This document shows, piece after piece, positions 12,336-26,439 of a stretch of DNA of 64,000 nt. Origin of the DNA: Eledone cirrhosa (lineage: Eukaryota); NCBI GenBank assembly GCA_964016885.1, contig CAXHJY010000518.1, positions 101,211 through 165,210 of the forward strand, read 5' to 3'. The notes beneath the pieces were generated by a model. That model saw only the letters and a program-made list of their open reading frames with translations, was not told where the DNA came from and searched no databases. Every line of letters starts with the position of its first letter. The stretch's first letter is position 1. The translations under genes and the position numbers were made by a program.

Positions 12336-13662
12336 TGTTATACTTTGGGAGGGTCATGTTGCCAATAAGAAACACACGCACCAGTAGCTTTCACTTCAAT
12401 TTATTATATATTTATAAATTTATAAATTTACAAATCTACAAACTTATAAATTTCTGGTTGGTTGGTTTGTTCCACAACCAGATAGTTGTTTATATATATA
12501 GTCATAGTCCTTTCGTCACACACTCTGTGACCTCTTCAGTGACTGGGGATTCCTTTCTTCGTTTCTGTGCCTTTTCTTTCTTCTATCCTACGCCATTTTG
12601 TTTCTGTGTGTGTGTTGTGTGCTCAGTTTGCGCATGCGCCACATCCGGGTGTCTGTGTGTGTTTGTGTTCATTTTTCTATTTGTTTATTTATTTATTTAT
12701 TTATTGTTGGTTGGTTGTTTGTTCTATGTGTGTGTGTTTTCATTTTGTCCTGTGTGTGTTTTCAATTGTAAGTTGTTTGTTCTATGTGTGTGTGTGTTTT
12801 CATTTTGTCCTTAATTGTAAGTTGTGATGTTGCTGTTCCACTCATTTTTTTTTATTTCATTTTGGTTTTAATTCTTTTATGCTTACTGCCTCTGTAATTT
12901 GCCTAAACATTGCGTCTTTTCTGTGCGTGGATTCTATTTTTATTTTTATTTCTATGCTCTCTAATCTACCCCTGTGTTCTATCTTAGCATGTTGGTAGAG
13001 CACAGATGATTCTTTATTATCTTGGAGGTCTCGCCAGTGTTCATTTATTCGTTCCCCTATACTACGAGCTGTCTCACCTATGTACACTATATTTTTGTTT
13101 CTACATTGTCCTTCAGTACATCTTATGCTATACACTACATTTCTAGTTTTACAGTTAATATGGGGGCTTATTTTACAGGTTATACATTTCTTATCTATAC
13201 ATGAGGGTCTTTGGAACGGGTATGTCTTGCTAATAAGTGTTTTTACGGAGGTACCAGGTCTTTCTACTATCTTAATATTGAGATTATGTTTGTTTAGGGC
13301 CCTTCTAAATTTGTAGGCTACTTCGCCTCTAGGGGTTGTATTGATGAACATTACACTCTGGTATTTATTGCTATCATACCATGAGTTTATTCTATTGGCC
13401 TTGTTCCTAGTTCTTTCTATTCTATTCCAAAATTTGCTCCTATACAAGGGGCAGGTCCCATTTATGTCATTATTTACCATTTTTTCCCATTTGGTTCTGG
13501 CTCCTTTATACACTCTGATTCTATCTCTCTGATTGTAGCCAGAGAACTGCATACGGTGGATGAAGTGTTGTATGTGTCTCTCTAGTTCTTCGGGGTTGCA
13601 CATGCGGGACACATTTCTCATCACCCGTACCAAATCCGCAATCAGTACTGATTTGGTACGGG
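12333..13662 (-). mobile_element. 5'-truncated PLE (RT thumb/linker, GIY-YIG, 3' pLTR); diverged relative of the 45298-50908 element
   Basis: ORF 12857..13687 aligns by eye with the C-terminus of ORF 45817..49377 (LIADLVRVM, INCKTRNVVYSIRCTEG, YIGETARSIGERI). The terminus tattgttatactttgggagggtcat resembles 45300. Confidence 0.88.
12500..12544 (-). ncRNA. Minimal type I hammerhead ribozyme in the PLE pLTR
   Basis: Minus strand: agtca-CTGAAGA-g-gtcaca-gagtg-tgtgac-GAAA-ggaCTA-tgact. Confidence 0.8.
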
Positions 13663-15546
13663 CCACTCTTCCATACGGATGGTTCATTAACCGAAAACCC
13701 CCAAGAGATATATGAAATACTGAACGAACAGTAAAAAAGTTTGTTCACATGTCCACTGAGGCACATGCAAATAACGAAGCCAGAGGAGTTCTTTGATGCC
13801 ACAACACTACATGAAGAAATGGCAACCATCAACCACATAGACATAACGGAGGAGGATGTGGTGTATACCATTGATGAAATTAGAACAGACTCGGCTGCTG
13901 GACCTGATGGATTCCCAGCAGTTCTCTTAAAAATATGTAAGCTGGCCTTAGCAACTCCACTGAAGATGCTCTTCAGAAGCTCCTTGGCTAGCGGTGTACT
14001 ACCCAGGGAGCTGAAAGAAGGCACAATATGCCCTATCCATAAAGGAGGTAGCAGAGCGGAGGCCAAAAACTATAGGCCAGTCTCCCTGACGTCGCATATC
14101 AGTAAGGTCATGGAGCGAGTCGTCAGAAAGAAACTGATCACTTTCCTCAAGGAAAATGACCGCCTGACTAGCACGCAACATGGCTTCCGCCCAGGAAGAA
14201 GCTGCCTTACACAGCTGCTACATCACTACGACTGGGTACTGAGACAACTACTAGACAGCTCACATGAGGACGTGATATATCTTGACTTTGCAAAGGCCTT
14301 TGACAAGGTCGACCACGGAATGATATGTCACAAACTACACGGACTCAGCATAAATGAAAAAGTAGGTGAGTGGCTGCATGGCTTCCTAAGGGACAGAAGC
14401 CAGGCAGTCGCAGCAAATGGGGCCCTCTCAAAGGAAACACCAATGACAAGTGGGGTGCCTCAGGGGACAGTCCTGGGACCACTACTGTTTTTGGTGGCTC
14501 TCTCAGACATGCCCTCTGTAGTACATACAACAACATCCCTCACTAGCTATGCTGATGACACTAAGGTAGCACAGGCAATCAAAAACCCGGCTGACGCTGC
14601 CCTTTTACAGCAGGATCTGGATGCCATATACAAATGGGCGGAAGAAAACAACATGTAGTTTAATGCTGGCAAATTCCAAGCCCTACAATACAAACCTCCA
14701 AACAAACCTGCAAACACAAATATAGTGGAACACAACTACACAGGACCAGGAGGGACCGATATCCCCGTGTCAAAATCAATACGAGACCTGGGCATAGACA
14801 TGAGCGAGGATCCATCTTTTTCTTCACACATCATGAAAGTGGCGACAATGTGCACACAACTCGCTGGCTGGATCTTGAGGACTTTCCGGACAAGAGATCG
14901 AGACACCATGTTGACACTATGGAGGACATTTGTCCTAAGCCGCCTGGACTAATGCTCCCAGTTGTGGTCACCCCATAGTGTCAAACTAACCACGGAGCTT
15001 GATGCAATCCAGCGAAGCTACACCAAGAGGGTTGCCAAGATGAGGGAGACAAGCTACTGGAAGAGGCTGAAGGAACTGAACCTCTACTCCTTGGAGCGAA
15101 GACGGGAGAGATACGCAGTGATCTACATGTGGAAAATCCTGGAGGGACTAACACCAAACTTTGGCATTGGGAGCTGGACCAACCGTCGAACAGGACGTCA
15201 CTGTGTGGTGCCAAAGGTCCCGTCTTCCACATCTAGATGAATGAGCAGGTATTGCAATAGGCTGGGATTCAAGGGCCCTCAACTCTTCAACAGGCTGCTG
15301 AGGGATCTGAGAGATCTGCATGACGTGGAGGTGGATGTCTTCAAGAAACATCTCAACACCTTGTTATCCAGGATCCCGGATGAGCCGAAAGCAAGACACG
15401 AGGGAAACCTAAGGGCAGCAGCGACAAACTCCCTCTTACACCAGTGGCCAACCTATACAGGCTGGAGATAAAATGTGTAGCAACAAGGGCGGTGCCCCAG
15501 CATGGCCTCAGCCGGATGGCTGAAACAGGTAAAAGAGTAAAAGAGT
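13663..15546 (+). pseudogene. CR1/L2-group LINE: 5'-truncated RT with in-frame stops and an intact 3' end
   Basis: Motifs AAGPDG, NYRPVSLTS, QHGF, YLDFAKAFDKV, SGVPQGTVLGPLLF, YADD and SLERRRERY. Stops occur at ~14656, ~14950 and ~15238. The 3' stem-loop tcagcc/ggctga is followed by (gtaaaaga)2. Confidence 0.87.
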
Positions 15547-15587
15547 ATGTATATATATGTATATATATATATATATGTATATATATG

Positions 15588-15618
<31 letters not shown>

Positions 15619-15671
15619 GTATATATGTATATATATATATGTATATATGTATATATATATATGTATATATG

Positions 15672-15702
<31 letters not shown>

Positions 15703-15737
15703 GTATATATGTATATGTATATATATATGTGTATATG

Positions 15738-15790
<53 letters not shown>

Positions 15791-15843
15791 GTATATGTAT
15801 ATATATATATATGTATATGTATATATATATATATGTGTATATG

Positions 15844-15898
<55 letters not shown>

Positions 15899-15947
15899 GT
15901 ATATGTATGTTTATATATATATGTGTATATGTATATATGTGTATATG

Positions 15948-15998
<51 letters not shown>

Positions 15999-16105
15999 GT
16001 ATATATGTATATTTATATGTATATATGTATATGTATATATATATATGTATATATGTATATGTATATATATATGTATATGTATATATATATGTATATATGT
16101 ATATG

Positions 16106-16190
<85 letters not shown>
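15547..16190. repeat. (TA)n/(TATATG)n microsatellite
   Basis: Direct inspection. Confidence 0.96.
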
Positions 16191-16193
<3 letters not shown>

Positions 16194-16388
16194 GATAAAT
16201 CTACCAAGAGTTTACGGTAGTGTCCAATCCGTATGAAGAACTCAATGTAATCCGGATATCATGGAAAGAAGAGATGCAATGAAAAATCACTTTCGGTGAA
16301 AAATAAACGGAATACAGAGTCAAGATAAAATATTAAAAAAATAATGAATAAAACAATGAAACAGTTCCTTATATTAAACAAAAAAAGT

Positions 16389-16532
16389 TCATTATTTAAC
16401 GATCGTTTCTAGGATATATATGTGTTAGAATTGGCATGCATATTCAACAGATCTATGTACAAAATTATACAAACTATCAAAATTAAATATACATACCAAC
16501 ATATATATATATGCCGTCTTCAGAAATAATGA
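16389..16532 (-). ncRNA. Type I hammerhead ribozyme with long helix II (mirror copy)
   Basis: Reverse complement of 24884-25035, with minor differences in helix II. Confidence 0.78.
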
Positions 16533-17421
16533 AATATATTTATTGATAATAACAACAATTCAAAATTACAGGTCTGTTTGGGAACAGAGTTCAAATTGAC
16601 CAATGAAAACACAAAAAGTTTATACAGTTAGGTGTGTGTATATATGTAAGTAACTTCGTTCACAGATATGCATAAAAATATATGTTCACATGCATACGCA
16701 TGCCGAAAAGATGTATGTAAATACAAAAATTCAGGGCTAATGTCTCTGTATGTTTATAATCTACAGATAAAATACGTATACGCATATAAACACATAAATA
16801 TAAAAATAAATATATACACATTCATATACTCACACATATACATACATTCACACACACACGCGCGTATACGCATAAACATACACACAACCACGAACATACA
16901 TACACACACACACCCCCACACACATATATGTGTATATACCATTATCATAAGCATATGGACATTAATGCGCGCACATAAACACTGCCACACATATTTAGAT
17001 CCAGATACAGAAAGTAGGTGGGAGGGGGAGAAGAGGTCAGTATTCACTGGTGTCAGCAAAACTGCCTATTTATAAATGTATCTATAAATTTAGAAATAAA
17101 AAGAAAAAGAAAAAAGAAAAATATTAAGAAAATATATATATATAAAAACAAGTAAAATATAAAATATACATCGATATACATACATATCGATATACATACA
17201 TATACATATATATATATACATACATATACATACACATATACATAAACACATACATACACATACATATACATACACACACCATATAAATACACATATACAT
17301 ACACACACGCATACATATAGAGATACATACATATACTCATATAAATACATAGACATATACGTATATACACACATATATATATATATATATACACACATAC
17401 ATATATATATATACATTCACA

Positions 17422-17462
<41 letters not shown>

Positions 17463-17541
17463 TCTATACACATATATAAACACACTCATGTATATACACA
17501 CATACACATACATACCCACACATATACATATATATATATAT

Positions 17542-17577
<36 letters not shown>

Positions 17578-17581
<4 letters not shown>

Positions 17582-17640
17582 TCATCATCATCATCATCAT
17601 TTTACGTCCGCTTTTCCCTGCTTGCAAGGGTGGGACGGGC
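17578..17640 (-). mobile_element. Short RTE 3' tail inserted in the left arm only
   Basis: Reverse complement of cccgtcccacccttgcaagcagggaaaagcggacgtaaaa(tga)n at 40635-40699. It is absent from the mirror arm near 23800. Confidence 0.85.
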
Positions 17641-17730
17641 AATATATATATATACACACATACATACACACGGGCAATATATATATATACACACATACAT
17701 ACACACACATACACATACACACATACAAAG

Positions 17731-17763
<33 letters not shown>

Positions 17764-17772
17764 TATAATATA

Positions 17773-17809
<37 letters not shown>

Positions 17810-18133
17810 CACATATATATACATACACATACATACACATACATACTTATACATAGACATACATATATACACACACACACATACACACATACATATACGC
17901 ATATATACACATACATACACATCCATGTATGCGTATACACATACAGACACAACCACACGCTCACACAACTCAGACATACATAAATAAAGGGATATACATA
18001 CACATATATACATATATAAATAGAGATACATATACACATATAAATATATACACACATACACACACACACACACATATACATACACATACATACACACATA
18101 CATATATATACACACACATATATATACACATAT

Positions 18134-18167
<34 letters not shown>

Positions 18168-18907
18168 ATAAAAATAAAGAAATAAAAGAAATAAATAAAT
18201 TAATTAATACACATAGTCAGACAAATATGCACACACATACATATACTCATATATATACATACATATATATATACATATATATATATATATACATACATAT
18301 ACATACATATATATATATACACACATACACACATCAACTACAAATATATATATATATATATATATGGAAAGTTATATTTAAATTGTTGGGTTACAACTAG
18401 TAAATATTTATAACTGATATAAAAGCACTCAACAAGTATTTGGAGTATATTTACGATACTAAATAAATGGAAACTACATCTACAAAACCACATCTATCTC
18501 ATCATACATACCTCAGGGACATCACACTAACAATATGTTATGCCCTCCTCAGACAAAATACTGCCAAATCAACTTTTCAAATACAAGTCGATGTTGAACG
18601 GTATGTCAAATCTATTTATTTATAAAACTGTCTATATTGTATTTTCTCTGAAGAAGGCACAACACATCGTCAATATGACATCCCTGAAACATATATAATG
18701 AAACAAACACGGCCCTACAAATACAGCCTCCATTCATTCAATATCGTATATATATATACACACACTCACATATACATGCGCACATACGTACATATATACA
18801 CATACACACATATACACATAGATGTATATACGCGCATACATATACATACACATATATACCCACATAAAAACATAGATACATATATATATATATATATATA
18901 TACATAT

Positions 18908-18956
<49 letters not shown>

Positions 18957-19819
18957 ATCATACACCCTTATTTACATGCGCACATATGTATTTTTATACT
19001 CACATACAAACACCCAAACATACATACCTACCTACATATACATACATACATCCACGCTTACAAATACAAATAATAATAGGGGGGGAAGGGGGGGGGGGGG
19101 ATTATAGTAAATATAGGTTTCAAGAAACATAGAATATTAATCTGCATTTAGATCATAATATGTGTTTACATAGTAGTTTCAGTATTAGGAAATGTAAGAA
19201 AGAAGGCAAAATTATGCATTTTAATATAAGTAGACTATTAATTATAGGTTAACTAAATTAAAGATAGTTAATATATTGATTTCTAAGGTGTATACTACTT
19301 AGGTTTATAATATTTGAAGCGGAATATTGAAGTTAAATAGCAGTAGAGTATTAATTATAGTATAACTAAATTAAAATTATTAACGTTATGGTATCAATAT
19401 TAGGAAATGAATTTAGTAATAGGGAAAAAAAACAAATAAAGTATTACATCGGTAGTAGAATATAAATTATAGGTTAACTAAATTAAAAATTATATATTAA
19501 TTTCTATAGTATATGTTAATTAGGTTTATAATAATTAAAACAGATATTGTATTTTATCTATAGTAGAATATAATTATAGGTAAACAGAAATTAAAATTAA
19601 TATATACACATATATATATACACACATATATATATATATATACACATATATATATATATATATATACATATACACATATATATACATATTTTTTTCAAAA
19701 ATTGCAAAGAATATATTAACTAGGTATACATCCAAAACCTATCTCAGTCTATGATTACATGACACTCTGCAATCCATCTGTATTAGGATTTTAATTTTAA
19801 GCCAATTAAATTAAATTTT

Positions 19820-21223
19820 TGAAACCAAATTATTTATCGTGATGACTGTCTTCTTCTTTCCAACAACCTTAGCCTTTCAGAAATAGAAAAAAACAAAAAG
19901 CATATTAGAACTTTCCTTAAAGACTATTATAGTCTTCATATTACTTTTGAAAAAACAAGTAAAGTAGTAAATTTCCTAGATATAACTTTAGACTTAGCTA
20001 CGGGTATCTACCAACCTTACCATAAACCCAACCAAAACTTACACTACATACACTCACAATCTAATCACCCTAAATCTATCCTTAAAAACCTTGCATATAA
20101 TATATCACTTAGAATTTCTAACCAAGATGTATTTGATAAAAATGCGACCTTCTATAACGAAGCTCTAGATAGAAGTGGCCACAAAAATAGATTAGAATAT
20201 ATACCTTCTACTAAAAATACTATAAACATACAACCTAATATTACCAACAAACACCAAATGAAAAGTACACACCTAAATGCCACCCACACTATACCCCAAA
20301 ATACCAACAACTCTTCTAATATAAAGTATAGTAACTCTCAAAAAACTACTCATCATACAACTCTAATAAATGTTAATAATAAAACTCCTAATAAACAAGA
20401 TAAAACACCTAAATCTATAAATCTAACTAAAAATGTGCGTGGTGATATCATTAACATTAATCCTCCTAGTAAACATCACGATACAACCTATAAAAATAAT
20501 AAACAACATAGAAACCGTAATAGACGAGTTACTTGGTATAATGCTCCATTTAATTTACAAATTAAGGATAATATTGCTAAAAAAATTTTTTATATCCTAG
20601 AGAAAAACTTCCCGCCAAACCACAAATACCATCAAATCTTAAATAGGTCTACAGTTAAATTCTCATACTCAACAACCAATAACATAAAACAAAATATAAG
20701 TGCCTATAATGCATATAAATGTAAGAATACCATAAGTATACCACCAATACATCAAACTAACCATAATATCTCCTCAAGTACAGAATTAACGAAAGGTTGT
20801 AACTGTAGAAACAAAGCAAACTGCCCATTAAAAGGAAATTGTCTTGTTAACAACATAGTTTATAAATGTAATGTTAAAACTAAAGATTCTATTTGCTCAT
20901 ATATAGGAGCTACTTCTAACAATTTTAAGGTAAGGTTTAATACCCACAAACATAGTTTTTAAAATGCCGCACTGGCTAATACAACATCTCTAGCAGAAAA
21001 AATCAATAGTTATAAAAATAAGAATATAGAATATGATATGACCTGGAATGTGCTCAAAAGAGCCACCCCTTATCAAAATAATAGAAATGAATCTAGATTA
21101 TGTTCCCAAGAACTATTTGAAATAATGAAATCTAAGGATATCCTATTAAATAAACGACAGGAATTAATTATATCGTGTAATCATAAACTAAGAAAAACAT
21201 TTAAATATTATAAACCTAATTAA
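19820..21223 (+). pseudogene. PLE RT (from YRDD) plus GIY-YIG endonuclease, with one in-frame stop at 20960
   Basis: tat cgt gat gac (YRDD) at 19835, then VNFLDITLDL, SNHP, VTWYNAPF, CNCRNKANCPLKGNC, IVYKC...YIGAT..FKVRFNTH and LLNKRQE. Confidence 0.87.
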
Positions 21224-22449
21224 TAACATTATTTTAGAAATTAATATATAATTTAATTTAAATGTTAGTTAACCTATAAATTTAATTTAATTAAAATTCT
21301 ACTACAGATGAGATTATAAAATATTGTGTAATCATAAATTGTGAAAAACTTTTAAATATTACTAATATATACTTCGTAAATTAATTTATAGATTAATTTT
21401 AATTTATTTAACCTTTTATTAAAATTCCTTTACAGATAAAATATAACAAAATATCGTGTATTCAATGACAGAGAAATATTTTTTTAATATTATAGACCTA
21501 ATTATTGTACATTTTAGAAATATATTTATAATTTGGTTTTAATTTGGTTAACCTAAAAATTTAATTTAATTGGCTTAAAATTAAAATCCTAATACAGATG
21601 GATTGCAGAGTGTCATGTAATCATAGACTGAGATAGGTTTTGGATGTATACCTAGTTAATATATTCTTTGCAATTTTTGAAAAAATATGTATATATATGT
21701 GTATATGTATATGTATATATAAATATATATATATATATATATGTGTATATATATATATGTGTGTATATATATATGTGTATATATTAATTTTAATTTCTGT
21801 TTACCTATAATTATATTCTACTATAGATAAAATACAATATCTGTTTTAATTATTATAAACCTAATTAACATATACTATAGAAATTAATATATAATTTTTA
21901 AGTTAGTTAACCTAAAATTTATATTCTACTACCGATGTAATACTTTATTTGGTTTTTTCCCTATTACTAAATTCATTTCCTAATATTGATACCATAACGT
22001 TAATAATTTTAATTTAGTTATACTATAATTAATACTCTACTACTATTTAACTTCAATATTCCGCTTCAAATATTATAAACCTAAGTAGTATACACCTTAG
22101 AAATCAATATATTAACTATCTTTAATTTAGTTAACCTATAATTAATAGTCTACTTATATTAAAATGCATAATTTTGCCTTCTTTCTTACATTTCCTAATA
22201 CTGAAACTACTATGTAAACACATATTATGATCTAAATGCAGATTAATATTCTATGTTTCTTGAAACCTATATTTACTATAATCCCCCCCCCCTTCCCCCC
22301 CTATTATTATTTGTATTTGTAAGCGTGGATGTATGTATGTATATGTAGGTAGATATGTATGTTTGGGTGTTTGTATGTGAGTATAAAAATACATATGTGC
22401 GCATGTAAATAAGGGTGTATGATTGTGTGTGTATATATATATATGTGTG

Positions 22450-22486
<37 letters not shown>

Positions 22487-23020
22487 CTATGTTTTTATGT
22501 GGGTATATGTGTGTATGTATATGTATGCGCGTATATACGTCTATGTGTATATGTGTGTATGTGTATATATGTACGTATGTGCGCATGTATATGTGAGTGT
22601 GTGTATATATATATGTATATATATATGTATATATATATATACGATATTGAATGAATGGAGGCTGTATTTGTAGGGCCGTGTTTGTTTCATTATATATGTT
22701 TCAGGGATGTCATATTGACGATGTGTTGTCCCTTCTTCAGAGAAAATACAATATAGACAGTTTTATAAATAAATAGATTTGACATACCGTTCAACATCGA
22801 CTTGTATTTGAAAAGTTGATTTGGCAGTATTTTGTCTGAGGAGGGCATAACATATTGTTAGTGTGATGTCCCTGAGGTATGTATGATGAGATAGATGTGG
22901 TTTTGTAGATGTAGTTTCCATTTATTTAGTATCGTAAATATACTCCAAATACTTGTTGAGTGCTTTTATATCAGTTATAAATATTTACTAGCTGTAACCC
23001 AACAATTTAAATATAACTTT

Positions 23021-23084
<64 letters not shown>

Positions 23085-23260
23085 AGTTGATGTGTGTATG
23101 TGTGTATATATATATATATGTATGTATATGTATGTATATATATATATATGTATATATATATGTATGTATATATATGAGTATATGTATGTGTGTGCATATT
23201 TGTCTGACTATGTGTATTAATTTATTTATTTATTTATTTCTTTTATTTCTTTATTTTTAT

Positions 23261-23294
<34 letters not shown>

Positions 23295-23650
23295 ATGTGT
23301 ATATATATGTGTGTGTATATATATGTATGTGTGTATGTATGTGTATGTATATGTGTGTGTGTGTGTATGTGTGTATATATTTATATGTGTATATGTATCT
23401 CTATTTATATATGTATATATGTGTATGTATATCCCTTTATTTATGTATGTCTGAGTTGTGTGAGCGTGTGGTTGTGTCTGTATGTGTATACGCATACATG
23501 GATGTGTATGTATGTGTATATATGCGTATATGTATGTGTGTATGTGTGTGTGTGTATATATGTATGTCTATGTATAGGTATGTATGTGTATGTATGTGTA
23601 TGTATATATATGTGTATATATATGTATATATATGTGTATATATATATATA

Positions 23651-23713
<63 letters not shown>

Positions 23714-23790
23714 TATATTATGTGTGTGTGTATATATATATATATATATCTTTGTATGTGTGTATGTGTATGTCTGTGTATGTATGTGTG

Positions 23791-23837
<47 letters not shown>

Positions 23838-24230
23838 ATATATATATATATATGTATATGTGTGGGTATGTATGTGTATGTGTGTATATACATGAGTGTG
23901 TTTATATATGTGTATAGATATATGTATATATATATATATATATATGTGTGTGTTGTGAATGTATATATATATATGTATGTGTGTGTATATATATATATAT
24001 ATATGTGTGTGTATATACGTATATGTCTATGTATTTATATGAGTATATGTATGTATCTCTATATGTATGCGTGTGTGTATGTATATGTGTATTTATATGG
24101 TGTGTGTATGTGTATGTATGTGTTTATGTATATGTGTATGTATATGTATGTATATATATATATATGTGTATGTATATATATATATGTATATGTATGTATG
24201 TATATCGATGTATATTTTATATTTTACTTG

Positions 24231-24286
<56 letters not shown>

Positions 24287-24883
24287 CTTAATATTTTTCT
24301 TTTTTCTTTTTCTTTTTATTTCTAAATTTATAGATACATTTATAAATAGGCAGTTTTGCTGACACCAGTGAATACTGACCTCTTCCCCCCCTCCCACCTA
24401 CTTTCTGTATCTGGATCTAAATATGTGTGGCAGTGTTTATGTGCGCGCATTAATGTCCATATGCTTATGATAATGGTATATACACATATATGTGTGTGGG
24501 GGTGTGTGTGTGTATGTATGTTCGTGGTTGTGTGTATGTTTATGCGTATACGCGCGTGTGTGTGTGAATGTATGTATATGTGTGAGTATATGAATGTGTA
24601 TATATTTATTTTTATATTTATGTGTTTATATGCGTATACGTATTTTATCTGTAGATTATAAACATACAGAGACATTAGCCCTGAATTTTTGTATTTACAT
24701 ACATCTTTTCGGCATGCGTATGCATGTGAACATATATTTTTATGCATATCTGTGAACGAAGTTACTTACATATATACACACACCTAACTGTATAAACTTT
24801 TTTGTGTTTTCATTGGTCAATTTGAACTCTGTTCCCAAACAGACCTGTAATTTTGAATTGTTGTTATTATCAATAAATATATT

Positions 24884-25035
24884 TCATTATTTCTGAAGAC
24901 GGCATATATATGTGTTGGTATGTATATTTAATTTTGATAGTTTGTATAATTTTGTATAATTTTGTACATAGATCTATTGAATATGCATGCCAATTCTAAC
25001 ACATATATATCCTAGAAACGATCGTTAAATAATGA
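24884..25035 (+). ncRNA. Type I hammerhead ribozyme with a ~115-nt helix II domain
   Basis: 9-bp helix I tcattattt/aaataatga; CTGAAGA; helix II atatatatgtgttgg/ctaacacatatatat; GAAA; palindromic helix III ACGATCGT; GUU triplet. Confidence 0.8.
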
Positions 25036-25096
25036 ACTTTTTTTGTTTAATATAAGGAACTGTTTCATTGTTTTATTCATTATTTTTTTAATATTT

Positions 25097-25127
<31 letters not shown>

Positions 25128-25246
25128 GTATATATATGTATATATGTATATATATATATGTATATATATATATGTATATATATATATATGTATATATATA
25201 TATGTATATATATATATGTATATATATATATGTATATATATATATG

Positions 25247-25279
<33 letters not shown>

Positions 25280-25322
25280 GTAAATATATATATGTATATA
25301 TATATATGTATATATATATATG

Positions 25323-25369
<47 letters not shown>

Positions 25370-25377
25370 GTATATGT

Positions 25378-25459
<82 letters not shown>

Positions 25460-25514
25460 GTATATATATATATGTATATATATATATATGTATATATATT
25501 TATATGTATATATG

Positions 25515-25601
<87 letters not shown>

Positions 25602-25750
25602 CTATATATATGTATATCTATATATATGTATATCTATATATATGTATATCTATATATATGTATATCTATATATATGTATATCTATATATATGTATATCTA
25701 TATATATGTATATATATATATATATATATGTGTATATATATATATATGTG

Positions 25751-25783
<33 letters not shown>

Positions 25784-25794
25784 GTATTTATATA

Positions 25795-25886
<92 letters not shown>

Positions 25887-25900
25887 CATATATGTATATG

Positions 25901-26086
25901 TATAGAAATTACATGAATCAAAGTTCTGTTAAAATCATTTATTCGCTTACAATTGTTTCTTCCAAACCGATGTTTGGAGTCTTCGGAGCAAAAAATCGCT
26001 CCCAAGAATCAAAACCTCGGTTTGGAAGAAACAATTGTAAGCAAATAAATGATTTGAACAGAACTTTGATTCATGTAATTTCTATA
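25901..26086. repeat. ~186-bp imperfect palindrome (fold-back or MITE-like)
   Basis: tatagaaattacatgaatcaaagttctgtt...ccaaaccga pairs with tcggtttgg...aacagaactttgattcatgtaatttctata. The inner stem is ggagc/gctcc. Confidence 0.85.
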
Positions 26087-26258
26087 TAACTGCTCTGTAT
26101 AACAACTGATGTTATTACATTGAGCTATATATCTTACTGGTAATAAGGTAGTAATATATTACTGTCTTTCACTGTTTAGGGTTTAAATATATATAACTAT
26201 AAAAGGTTTTAGTGTATACATAACCATAAATAGTATCCTTAATACTATGTATATGTAT

Positions 26259-26289
<31 letters not shown>

Positions 26290-26301
26290 ATTATATATAT
26301 G

Positions 26302-26333
<32 letters not shown>

Positions 26334-26345
26334 GGAACCAGTAAG

Positions 26346-26439
26346 ACCCCGACAGCTGAGCTCAAGCCGTTTCGACGGCTAATTCTGGACTAAATGAAAA
26401 TTTATCCTGGTATTTAAATAGCCGATCTTCTCAAGGGGT
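26346..26439 (-). ncRNA. Type I hammerhead ribozyme, U3-A8 variant (mirror copy)
   Basis: Reverse complement of 27790-27883. Confidence 0.8.

Larger units (their letters stand above)
16191..25098 (+). mobile_element. PLE with ~3.5-kb inverted arms (16326-19820 / 21554-25098) around a 5'-truncated ORF
   Basis: The arms are reverse complements; mirror ORFs 16668..17075+ and 24340..24747- differ by one aa. The centre encodes PLE RT/EN. Confidence 0.88.
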
